Assembly: GCA_009777575.1 (NCBI GenBank)
Contig: WRLO01000001.1
Location: 97,954-161,953, forward strand
DNA length: 64,000 nt
Origin: Candidatus Cloacimonadota bacterium
GTDB lineage: Bacteria; Cloacimonadota; Cloacimonadia; Cloacimonadales; WRIO01
Direction: 5' to 3'
Part shown: piece after piece, positions 20,067 to 28,861 of the stretch
Layout of the letters: each line of letters opens with the position of its first letter
How positions within the stretch are numbered: position 1 is the first letter of the stretch
Notes under the pieces: generated by a model
Told to the model about the DNA's origin: nothing
Database searches by the model: none
The model's input: only the letters and a program-made list of their open reading frames with translations
Translations under genes and position numbers: made by a program

Positions 20067-21217
20067 TTTTCATCCAACAACACATTTTCCTCAAACATTT
20101 TTTGAAACACATCAAAAAGCTCAGAACTAGTTATATTTCTGAAGCATTCAAGGGTATTTTTTTTACAAGTTTTACCTCCATGTAAAGAGCATGGTTGGCA
20201 GTGAATATTTTTTTGCAGAACAACTGCTTTTTCATTTAAGGGTCTGAAGCCCAATCTTGTATGAGTAGCACCATATAAAATAATTTGAGGTTTCTTCAAA
20301 GCTGCAGCAATGTGCATAGGTCCGGAATCATTTGTAATGACCAAGTCCAATAATGAGATGCTTGCTATTAGTTCTGTGATATCAAAAGCACCTACAAGAT
20401 CATACAATTTTGTATTCGTTAATGATTTTAAATTTAAAAATAAGAGTTTTTCATTCCAGCTCCCGAAGATCAAAAAACTACATTTCCAATAATCTGGAAC
20501 TTCAGAGATAAAATTAGCAAATTTAGCTAAAGGGCATTGTTTCGTAAAATGAGAAGCCCCGGGGAAAATGCCAATTAGATATCTATCGGCTGGAATATTG
20601 TAGTTCATAAATTTTTCTTTAACAGTTAGTAGCGTGTGTTTACATACATTTAGCTTAGGGTAATACAGTGATGATACAGGGAAGCTTAGATTAGGTAGTT
20701 GTAGCGGGATGTTTTGAGTTATCGTTTTCCATTTATGACTATTAATAAGAATATCAATAGTGTTAATATAATTAGAAACGACAGAGTCAATTTGTTTTAA
20801 AGATATTTTTTTTATGATCAATCTTCTTAATAAATGCTGTTTATTATAAGTGATATTTTTTTTAGCTCTGCAGAAGAGTTTAATTAAAAAAGTATTAAAT
20901 TTATTTTGTAAATCAATCACAAAATCAAATTTCTCTTTTCTTAAAGCTCTCAATAAATTTATTTTATCATCCCATACATGAACTTTATGGATCAAAGGAA
21001 AAGAAATATTGGCATCCTCGTTTTGCATATCTAACTCATTTGAAATAGATAAATTAGTTTCTAAAACAAAACAATGATTAACCATCTGAGCATATTCAGA
21101 TTTTGTTAAATAATGTATTTCTATACCGTTAAAAATAGATTTTAAAAACCTAACAGTCGATTCAGTCAAAACAACATCACCTAAAGAGCTAAGCCTTATA
21201 AATAGTATTTTAATCAT
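20063..21217 (-). CDS. Glycosyltransferase family 9 (heptosyltransferase-like)
   Basis: IRLSSLGDVVL, VIDLQ, PGAS, ITNDSGPMHIAAAL, CQPCSLHG. Confidence 0.9.
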   Translation of the reverse strand: MIKILFIRLSSLGDVVLTESTVRFLKSIFNGIEIHYLTKSEYAQMVNHCFVLETNLSISNELDMQNEDANISFPLIHKVHVWDDKINLLRALRKEKFDFVIDLQNKFNTFLIKLFCRAKKNITYNKQHLLRRLIIKKISLKQIDSVVSNYINTIDILINSHKWKTITQNIPLQLPNLSFPVSSLYYPKLNVCKHTLLTVKEKFMNYNIPADRYLIGIFPGASHFTKQCPLAKFANFISEVPDYWKCSFLIFGSWNEKLLFLNLKSLTNTKLYDLVGAFDITELIASISLLDLVITNDSGPMHIAAALKKPQIILYGATHTRLGFRPLNEKAVVLQKNIHCQPCSLHGGKTCKKNTLECFRNITSSELFDVFQKMFEENVLLDEK

Positions 21218-21231
21218 TTCTTTTCAGTCAA

Positions 21232-23841
21232 TCAAAAGAGGAATTTCTCAAGTATGGAAGGAATAGCTTTCATTAAATCATCTATTTTTTCAATAGCCTT
21301 ACCGCCAGCCATTGCCATATCAGCTCTTCCTCCCCCTCTACCATCTACAACAGTAGCTAGTTCACCAACAATTTTTCCTGCTGAAATGTTATTAGTTAAA
21401 TCTTTGCTAACAATAACTAAAATAGAAATTTTATCTTCAAATTCAGCAACAAGGACACCAATACCAGATTTTATTTTGTTTCTAAGTAGGTCACCCATAG
21501 TCTTTAGTTCATCAGAATCATGCGAATTGACTTTAGTAAAGAGGCAGTTAACAGAGTTAATACTTACCATATTTTTTAGTAAGCTATCCAGATTAAAGTC
21601 AAAACTCATAATTCTCAGTCTTTCGTTTTCTTTGAGCAGAGATTTGTTTTCTAAAATAAGTTTGTTAATTTTAGCATAAACATTATATTTATTTGCGGAT
21701 AGAAGCTCATATATTTTGAAAAATGATTTTTCAAGATTGCTAACATATTTTTCAGCAGTCCGACCAGTTATAGCTTCTATTCTCCTGATTCCTGAAGCTA
21801 TAGATGTTTCGCTGATAATTTTAAACAAGCCAATTTGTCCTGTATTAAAAACATGGGTTCCGCCGCATAATTCTTTTGAATATTGCCCTATAGTAACCAC
21901 TCTAACTTCATTATCGTATTTTTCATCAAAAAGAGCGATAGCTCCATCTTGTTTAGCTTTATCAAAATCTTCGATAGAAGTGTTCACTTTAGCACAGCTT
22001 TTGACAAGATAATTTACTTTTTTTTCTATATAATCAAGTTCATACTCTGACAATGCTGAAAAATGAGAAAAATCAAATCTCAGACCTTCAGTATCGACAT
22101 AAGAACCTTTTTGTTGAACATGATCGCCAAGTTTTTCTCTCAAAACGGCATGTAAAAGATGAGTAGCGGTATGATTTTTTTCTACCCTTATCCTTTTTTT
22201 CACACGAAAACGGGTAAAATATGGAACATCATATATATGACCATGACAAATTTTTCCATAATGGATAAAAACATCACCTACTTTTTGGACATCATCAACA
22301 GAGATTAAGGTAGTATCATTAAAAATATAACCCATATCAGCTACTTGCCCACCAGCCTCAGCATATAAGGAAGTTTTATCAAGGACTATTCTGATCTCTC
22401 TATCATTAATAACAGCATATCTTAAAATATGAACTTCATATTTATCATTTGTATATCCAAAAAATTCTGTAGGGACATCCTCACGAAATTTATTCCACTG
22501 CAAATTCTCATTCTGCGCTCTGAAATTTGATGATTCTCTAGCTCTTTTCTTTTGTTTTTCCATCTCTTCAACAAATTCATTTTGATTTACAGTCAGTTTT
22601 TTTTCTTCAGCGAGAATCATAGTTAAATCAAGAGGAAATCCATAAGTGTCATAGAGAGTAAAAGCATCTTTTCCAGAAATAATTTTTTCATCTCCGAGCT
22701 TTGTAATAAGTTCATCAAATAAAACCAAGCCTTTGTCAAGAGTTTGATTGAATTTTTCTTCTTCTGCTTTGATAATTTTTTTTATAAGAATGGATTGAGA
22801 GTTAAGCTCATCATAACACTCTCCCATTAAGTTATTGACCACATCAACAAGTTTATGTATGAAAGTATCATTAATATTTAATTTTCTCCCATATCTTGTA
22901 GCTCTACGAAGTATCCTCCTCAAAACATAACCTCTTCCTTCATTAGCTGGCAAACCGCCATCTGACATAGCGAAACAAAGAGTTCTGACATGGTCAGCAA
23001 TGACTCTATGTGCCATTCCAGTATCTTCTTGATATGGAACATTGCTGATAATTTCTATTTGGTTAATGATAGGCATAAATAAATCAGTCTCGTAATTTGA
23101 TTTAACACCTTGTAAGATTTGGCAAAGCCTCTCAAAACCAGCCCCGGTGTCCACATATTTTTTTTTCAAAGGAGTCAGAGATTTGTCTTCATGCCTCAAA
23201 AACTGCATAAAGACAAGATTCCATAGTTCTATATATCTATGACAATCACCATTGACTAAGCAGGTATGATTGTCATGATCTTTTAGGTTACAAAAATCGA
23301 TACCTCTATCGAGATGAATCTCAGAGCAAGGGCCACAAGGACCTGTTTCACCCATTTCCCAAAAATTGTCTTTATCTCCGTGCTTTGTGATATGTGTATG
23401 CTCAATATCAGTCTCAGATTTCCATAATTCCCAAGCCTCATCATCTGTATGATGGACTGTGGCATGGAGTTTATCTTTGGGTAATTTCCAGACCTCTGTG
23501 AGTAGCTCCCAAGCATAAGATATAGCCTCTTTCTTGTAATAATCACCAAAAGACCAGTTACCGAGCATCTCAAAAAAAGTATGATGATAACCATCTTTTC
23601 CGACTTCGTTAAGGTCGTTGTGCTTTCCGCCAGCTCTGATACATTTTTGACTATTAACTGCTCTTGGGTATTCTGCTTCTTTTTTACCTAAAAAGATGTC
23701 CTTAAACTGGTTCATTCCAGCATTTGTAAATAATAAAGTCGGGTCATCTTTTGGCACCACTGAGGATGATTTTACAAATATATGCCCTTTTTTGATGAAA
23801 AAATCTATAAATTGTTGTCTGATTTCTTTGCTTGTAAACAT
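21232..23841 (-). CDS. alaS: Alanine-tRNA ligase
   Basis: LLFTNAGMNQFK, HHTFFEMLGN, GPCGPCSE, DTGAGFER, NHTATHLL, ELCGGTHV, GGGRADMA. Confidence 0.98.
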   Translation of the reverse strand: MFTSKEIRQQFIDFFIKKGHIFVKSSSVVPKDDPTLLFTNAGMNQFKDIFLGKKEAEYPRAVNSQKCIRAGGKHNDLNEVGKDGYHHTFFEMLGNWSFGDYYKKEAISYAWELLTEVWKLPKDKLHATVHHTDDEAWELWKSETDIEHTHITKHGDKDNFWEMGETGPCGPCSEIHLDRGIDFCNLKDHDNHTCLVNGDCHRYIELWNLVFMQFLRHEDKSLTPLKKKYVDTGAGFERLCQILQGVKSNYETDLFMPIINQIEIISNVPYQEDTGMAHRVIADHVRTLCFAMSDGGLPANEGRGYVLRRILRRATRYGRKLNINDTFIHKLVDVVNNLMGECYDELNSQSILIKKIIKAEEEKFNQTLDKGLVLFDELITKLGDEKIISGKDAFTLYDTYGFPLDLTMILAEEKKLTVNQNEFVEEMEKQKKRARESSNFRAQNENLQWNKFREDVPTEFFGYTNDKYEVHILRYAVINDREIRIVLDKTSLYAEAGGQVADMGYIFNDTTLISVDDVQKVGDVFIHYGKICHGHIYDVPYFTRFRVKKRIRVEKNHTATHLLHAVLREKLGDHVQQKGSYVDTEGLRFDFSHFSALSEYELDYIEKKVNYLVKSCAKVNTSIEDFDKAKQDGAIALFDEKYDNEVRVVTIGQYSKELCGGTHVFNTGQIGLFKIISETSIASGIRRIEAITGRTAEKYVSNLEKSFFKIYELLSANKYNVYAKINKLILENKSLLKENERLRIMSFDFNLDSLLKNMVSINSVNCLFTKVNSHDSDELKTMGDLLRNKIKSGIGVLVAEFEDKISILVIVSKDLTNNISAGKIVGELATVVDGRGGGRADMAMAGGKAIEKIDDLMKAIPSILEKFLF

Positions 23842-23866
23842 TGTTACTCCTATATTTAATTAGTGA

Positions 23867-24387
23867 TTACAAATTATTAATATTATTTATTTTTAGATAC
23901 CATTCATTTTTGTCACTTACTTTCACAAATCCATTTCCATTGTATAAAATGACTACCTCATCACATAAGGGTAAAAGTATTTTTAGGACTTCAAATCTTT
24001 TTTCAAATCTACGCAGGACATCTTTCGTATCAACATTATGTCCACCGCTACGAATTTTGTTGTTTATTCTTATTATTGACTCTACAACTGTATCAAGTAC
24101 AATATAAAACAATCTTATAAGATAATCCAATGAAATGGCTTTTTTGACATTGATAAATTTGGTTTTATCCGAAATAGTAGTCTCTTGGGCAAAAGATAAT
24201 CCTTTGTATAAAAAATCATCTACCATTTTAAAGCTACCTTACCTTCTTCAAAATTATTGATACCTTTTTCGTAGGCGATTTTATCTACATCGATGCGATT
24301 TTCAAGGTCTTTGTCACCAGAAAAGCTGCTCTTTCCGACACCATTAATGCCAGCTATGATAGTGAGGATTTTGGGATTTTTTTTCAT
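23867..24387 (-). pseudogene. Zeta-toxin-like / predicted P-loop ATPase split by a frameshift
   Basis: Upstream piece has Walker A IAGINGVGKSS; downstream piece (other frame, overlap 24220-24226) has SFAQETT and RSGGHNV...RRF. Confidence 0.7.
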
Positions 24388-24397
24388 ATTAACTATT

Positions 24398-25240
24398 TTA
24401 GTTATCATCCGATATATCAAAAAGAGTGTTCATTAAGACATCTTTTTTATTCTTATTAATTAAACTTTGAATTCTATATTCATCTTTTATAAAACCATTA
24501 TTACTACCCAATCTATGAATTATCATTTGATAGTAATCTGCATGCAGTTCGCAACTGATAAAATTTCTTTTCAGGCTTTTACACAAAACTAGCTCACTTC
24601 CACTGCCTCCAAATAGAATAAAACAATCATCATTGACTTTTGTGCATGATTTTATCAGCATTTCTACAAGAGGCAAAGGAATCTGACAAGAGTGAAATGT
24701 TTTGTCCTTACTCACATTTTTCACCAAATCGTAGTAAAACCAGCTATAAGGCATCCTACCTTTATGTCCATCCGCAATTCTTTGCTTTATCCTTTTATCA
24801 GTCGGGTTCATGTATGGCATAGCAATATTTTCTTTGTAAAAGGCATTATTTTTGCTATTTGTAGCGTGTAAAATACTTCTATGAGCTGTGGTCAATTTTC
24901 TAGGTGAATGACCTACATTGGTGTTATAAACCCAAACATAGTCATGGACTTCGTAAGCTCTTTCATCGAGAAATTTTACTCTGAGATAGGCGTTTTGCTT
25001 TGGGTAATTCATCATAAAAAGATTACCAGTAGGTTTCAAAATTCGCATGCTTTCTCTCGCCAGCTCTATATACCAAGATATATAATCGTTCCATTTTTGG
25101 GTGTAAATGTTACCAGCATAATTTATCCCGACATTGTAGTCAGGGTCTCCATAAACCATATCGATCGAATTGTCAGGTATGGTTTTGATTATATTTAAAA
25201 CATCATCATTGAATACTTTGTTGCGGAAATTGTCTAACAT
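24398..25240 (-). CDS. Beta-class N6A/N4C DNA methyltransferase
   Basis: IPDNSIDMVYGDPDYN (motif IV variant), RILKPTG, HSCQIP, C-terminal FGGSGS...RNFISCEL (motif I). Confidence 0.88.
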   Translation of the reverse strand: MLDNFRNKVFNDDVLNIIKTIPDNSIDMVYGDPDYNVGINYAGNIYTQKWNDYISWYIELARESMRILKPTGNLFMMNYPKQNAYLRVKFLDERAYEVHDYVWVYNTNVGHSPRKLTTAHRSILHATNSKNNAFYKENIAMPYMNPTDKRIKQRIADGHKGRMPYSWFYYDLVKNVSKDKTFHSCQIPLPLVEMLIKSCTKVNDDCFILFGGSGSELVLCKSLKRNFISCELHADYYQMIIHRLGSNNGFIKDEYRIQSLINKNKKDVLMNTLFDISDDN

Positions 25241-25243
25241 TTA

Positions 25244-26053
25244 TTATGTCTCCTTAATAAGTTTATAAGCAACAGACTTTATTAGCTTTATTGATGTTAT
25301 GTCATATGGATTAATAAAAGTGTATGCCCAAAATTTTAATATGAGGTCATCTTCTTTTTCATCTCGAATCAAATATACACAAGTGATGTCCTTTATTTTA
25401 CCCTCAAAATTTGGTTTCTTATTTGCTATGAAGTAGTATAAATACGGGTGATATAGTTGATATACAATGAAATCAGATGATGTTCCATTTTTTACCTCGA
25501 AAACTCCAACATGTCCTTGATATTCAATCGTTAAATCAATTTCTATTTGTATGTTATCACAAGTTATCAATGTATCCTTATCAAAATAATACTCAAATGA
25601 TTCTTTCGTTCTGTGAGGAAAATAGGTTTTAGGTCGATTCTTTATATCTACATCGTCAAATTCTTTATCTTTACTAAAAAGAAAATGATGTAAAATTCTT
25701 TGATTATTAGCAATAGATATAACATTACTTTCACTTGTATTGTAAAGGTTTAGTAGTGATTTTCTATATTTCCATTCAATCTCTTTTTGAATAGGTTCAA
25801 ATGTATGATAAACTTTGTCAATCCCTTTCACAAATTTGTGATATCCATTTCCTAAATGGATTACTGCATAGTCTTTATCAAGTAATACTTGTGGAAGTTT
25901 TGATTTTTTATCAAGTTTAGTAACATCAAAAGGGTTTCCTACACCAATTTTTCTTGAAATTTCTTTGACTAATATATTATGAAATACATAATCGTTCTTT
26001 TTCTGACATTCTTTAAATAATACTTCCAAAACATTTGATTTTTTACTTGTCAT
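25244..26053 (-). CDS. Putative type II restriction endonuclease (PD-(D/E)xK)
   Basis: QIEIDL...VFEVK...YQLYHPY catalytic-like motif; 3 nt from the MTase gene. Confidence 0.65.
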   Translation of the reverse strand: MTSKKSNVLEVLFKECQKKNDYVFHNILVKEISRKIGVGNPFDVTKLDKKSKLPQVLLDKDYAVIHLGNGYHKFVKGIDKVYHTFEPIQKEIEWKYRKSLLNLYNTSESNVISIANNQRILHHFLFSKDKEFDDVDIKNRPKTYFPHRTKESFEYYFDKDTLITCDNIQIEIDLTIEYQGHVGVFEVKNGTSSDFIVYQLYHPYLYYFIANKKPNFEGKIKDITCVYLIRDEKEDDLILKFWAYTFINPYDITSIKLIKSVAYKLIKET

Positions 26054-26165
26054 TTTGTGTCCTTTTTCACATCAGTTTAATGTAAATCTTTAGTATATAT
26101 ATTTGATATTAACTAAATATCTATTATTAACTCTATGTAAAATAAAGTAAATGGCTCTTGAATCC

Positions 26166-26279
26166 TTATTCAGAAAACAAATCACAATATCTCCTTTCTG
26201 AGCCTATATTAGCACCAATAAGGTTTGAAATATCGATGACAGCACCATACTCTTCGGAGTTAATTATGTTGAAAATCAT
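26166..26279 (-). CDS. Small ORF, 37 aa (MIFNIINSEEYGAV...)
   Basis: ATGA overlap with the upstream small ORF; below the ORF-track cutoff. Confidence 0.3.
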   Translation of the reverse strand: MIFNIINSEEYGAVIDISNLIGANIGSERRYCDLFSE

Positions 26280-26449
26280 TCTAATATTCCTATGTTCACT
26301 AGATCATTTCTGGTATAGGTTTCTATTGTTTTATTTTTTAATAAAACATACAAAACTTCACCATCCCAATCTAAATCATCATATTGTACACTAGTTATGG
26401 TTGCTTTGAACCAAAAACGAATTTTGTCATACTCCTTTTGTAAGTTCAT
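26276..26449 (-). CDS. Small ORF, 57 aa (MNLQKEYDKIRFWFKATITSVQYDDLDWDGEVLYVLLKNKTIETYTRNDLVNIGILE)
   Basis: Starts 2 nt after the previous stop; globular-looking composition. Confidence 0.5.
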   Translation of the reverse strand: MNLQKEYDKIRFWFKATITSVQYDDLDWDGEVLYVLLKNKTIETYTRNDLVNIGILE

Positions 26450-26451
26450 TT

Positions 26452-26613
26452 TTACAAATCTCCAAATGCAAATATTTCAAAGATTTTAGTGTGTAGTGCA
26501 GAAATAGAATCATAATCTTTAAATTCTACCCTTTTATGTTTCAATAATGAAGAAAATGCATCTTTTTTTATATTTTCCTTATATTCTTGCTCTTTTCTTT
26601 CATTGACTTGCAT
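26452..26613 (-). CDS. Small ORF, 53 aa (MQVNERKEQEYKENIKKDAF...)
   Basis: ATG overlaps the 3' end of the MNT gene by 14 nt. Confidence 0.4.
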   Translation of the reverse strand: MQVNERKEQEYKENIKKDAFSSLLKHKRVEFKDYDSISALHTKIFEIFAFGDL

Positions 26614-26935
26614 AAATTTTTATACCTTTTGTAACCACTTCATTTTCTACAAAATTAATTAAATTACTTCTTCTTATGAAATCATCTTCATAACCCACTA
26701 AAATGTCCATTGGTATTATTTGGGGAAATCCTATCGCTTTACTTGCTTCTTTTTTTAATTCAATTTTTCTCTTTGATTTATCATTGGTTATAATATAAAT
26801 ATCCAGATCACTATGGTCATGAAAATTACCAATAGCATAAGAGCCAAAAAGATAAATCGCACTGACTGGTATTGTCTTTTTGATACAACTAACTACAAAT
26901 TCTAAATACTCTTTGATATGCTCTGGTATTTCCAT
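26600..26935 (-). CDS. Minimal nucleotidyltransferase (MNT) domain protein
   Basis: IYLFGSYAIG...SDLDIYII...PMDILV motif, 111 aa. Confidence 0.9.
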   Translation of the reverse strand: MEIPEHIKEYLEFVVSCIKKTIPVSAIYLFGSYAIGNFHDHSDLDIYIITNDKSKRKIELKKEASKAIGFPQIIPMDILVGYEDDFIRRSNLINFVENEVVTKGIKIYASQ

Positions 26936-26956
26936 AATTTACACTCTTCGAAATAT

Positions 26957-28636
26957 TTACACCCTTGTCAATTTCCGATAAGTAATCCTTTTTGGCACAA
27001 GGGCTTTCTCACCTAATCTTTTGAGTTTATCCTCTTCATATTCAGAGAAATTGCCGTCATACCACCTGATAGCGCTATCGCCTTCAAAAGCGAGGATATG
27101 CGTGCAAATCCTATCGAGAAAATACCTATCGTGGCTGATGACTACAGCACAGCCGGGAAAATTTTGCAAAGCCTCTTCCATAGCTCTGATGGTATTGACA
27201 TCGAGGTCGTTTGTCGGTTCGTCGAGGAGCAGAACATTTCCACCCTCTTGCAGTGTCAGAGCGAGATATACTCTGTTTTTTTCACCCCCTGAAAGTTCAC
27301 TTATCTTTTTATTGTGATCTGCACTAGCAAAGTTGAACCAAGAAATATACTGTCGGACATTTATTTCTCTGCCATTGATATTCATGACTTCTCTATCCTG
27401 CCCGATGATGTCGAGAATGGATTTGTCCGTGTCAATAAATCTGTCTTGGTCAACATAAGAGAGTTTGACTGTTTCTCCTATAAGAATTTCACCGTTGTCT
27501 GGTTTTTCTTGCTTTGTGATTAATCGAAAAAGAGTAGTTTTCCCTGCACCATTTGCACCGATGATGCCAATAATACCACCAGCGGGTAAGACAAAATCCA
27601 GATTTTGAAAAAGCAGTTTATCATCATAAGCTTTGGCAAGCGATTTTGCATTGATAATAGTATTACCGAGTTTTGGTCCAGCGGGAATATGAAGTTCATT
27701 TGTCTCAATCCGTTTTTCTATATCTTGACTTAATAATGTTTCATAATTTTTGATACGGGCTTTGTTTTTTTCGTGTTTTGCTTTAGGGGTAGCTCTGATC
27801 CATTCAAGCTCTCTGGCGAGCTGTTGTTGTCTTTTGACTTCTTTTTTCTCTTCAATAGCGAGTCTTTGAGATTTTTGTTCTAGCCAAGAGGTATAATTCC
27901 CTTTCCAGGGTATACCATGTCCTCTATCGAGTTCTAGAATCCATCCTGCAACATGGTCAAGAAAATATCTATCGTGGGTAACAGCAATGACAGTCCCTTT
28001 GTAGTCTTGAAGGTGTTTTTCGAGCCATAGAATAGTTTCAGCGTCAAGGTGGTTTGTAGGTTCGTCAAGGAGCAATATATCTGGTTCTTGAAGTAAAAGG
28101 CGGGTCAGGGCAACCCTTCTTTTTTCTCCTCCTGAAATTAATTTGATTTGCATATCAGAGGGTGGACAGCGCATAGCATTCATAGCCATATCAAGCCTAC
28201 TTTCTAGATCCCAAGCGTTGCAAGCATCGAGTTTGTCTTGCAAATTTCCTTGTTCTTCGAGAAGTTTATTCATCTCTTCGTCAGACATGGGGTCTGCAAA
28301 AGAATTGTTTATTTCGTCATATCTCTTGATGAGGTTTACTATTTCTTGGCACCCTTCTTCAACTATATCACGAACTGTCTTTTCAAGGTCAAGCTGCGGG
28401 TCTTGCTCAAGATAACCGATAGTGTAACCTTTGCTCATGGAAATACGACCTACATAATCCTTTTCCTCACCAGCCATGATGCGAAGTAAAGTGCTTTTTC
28501 CGCTTCCATTTAGACCGAGAACGCCAATCTTTGCACCATAAAAATAACCGAGAGAAATATCTCTCAAAACTTGTTTATTAACAGGGTAAATCTTGCCAAC
28601 CCTATCCATAGAAAAAATGACTTTGTTTTCTTCCAT
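26957..28636 (-). CDS. ettA: Energy-dependent translational throttle protein EttA (ABC-F)
   Basis: GAKIGVLGLNGSGKST, SGGEKRRVAL, two LLDEPTN motifs, ELDRGHGIPWKGNYTSWLEQK. Confidence 0.96.
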   Translation of the reverse strand: MEENKVIFSMDRVGKIYPVNKQVLRDISLGYFYGAKIGVLGLNGSGKSTLLRIMAGEEKDYVGRISMSKGYTIGYLEQDPQLDLEKTVRDIVEEGCQEIVNLIKRYDEINNSFADPMSDEEMNKLLEEQGNLQDKLDACNAWDLESRLDMAMNAMRCPPSDMQIKLISGGEKRRVALTRLLLQEPDILLLDEPTNHLDAETILWLEKHLQDYKGTVIAVTHDRYFLDHVAGWILELDRGHGIPWKGNYTSWLEQKSQRLAIEEKKEVKRQQQLARELEWIRATPKAKHEKNKARIKNYETLLSQDIEKRIETNELHIPAGPKLGNTIINAKSLAKAYDDKLLFQNLDFVLPAGGIIGIIGANGAGKTTLFRLITKQEKPDNGEILIGETVKLSYVDQDRFIDTDKSILDIIGQDREVMNINGREINVRQYISWFNFASADHNKKISELSGGEKNRVYLALTLQEGGNVLLLDEPTNDLDVNTIRAMEEALQNFPGCAVVISHDRYFLDRICTHILAFEGDSAIRWYDGNFSEYEEDKLKRLGEKALVPKRITYRKLTRV

Positions 28637-28688
28637 TCAGTAAACCTCAATATATTTTTTTCACTCTCTGCAACAGGATAATAATCAT

Positions 28689-28752
28689 CTAGGATATCCA
28701 TTTTGCGGTTGCCCGCATATTGAACAGGGATAACCGCAAGGTTTCCCCTACA
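28689..28752. repeat. REP doublet (GTAG-type palindrome pair)
   Basis: TTGCGGTTGCCC (28703-28714) and GGGATAACCGCAAGGTTTCCCCTACA (28727-28752) are inverted; the minus strand reads TGTAGGGGAAACCTTGCGGTTATCCC. Confidence 0.65.
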
Positions 28753-28796
28753 ATTTATGGTGGTTTCGCCATTACCAGCCATGCATGAAAATACAT

Positions 28797-28854
28797 AATT
28801 CCCCCCCCTGCCCCCCCCCCCATAAATTTGGGGGGAATAAATGTGGAGGGGATT
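28797..28854. repeat. C-run/G-run palindromic element
   Basis: C8-TG-C11-ATAAATTT-G6...GGAGGGGATT in an otherwise AT-rich region; a related shorter copy lies at 31782-31808. Confidence 0.55.
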
Positions 28855-28861
28855 AAATAAT

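Noticed and set aside
28564-28782. 72-aa ORF upstream of ettA
   Set aside because: Mostly a read-through of the REP doublet; no recognisable protein features
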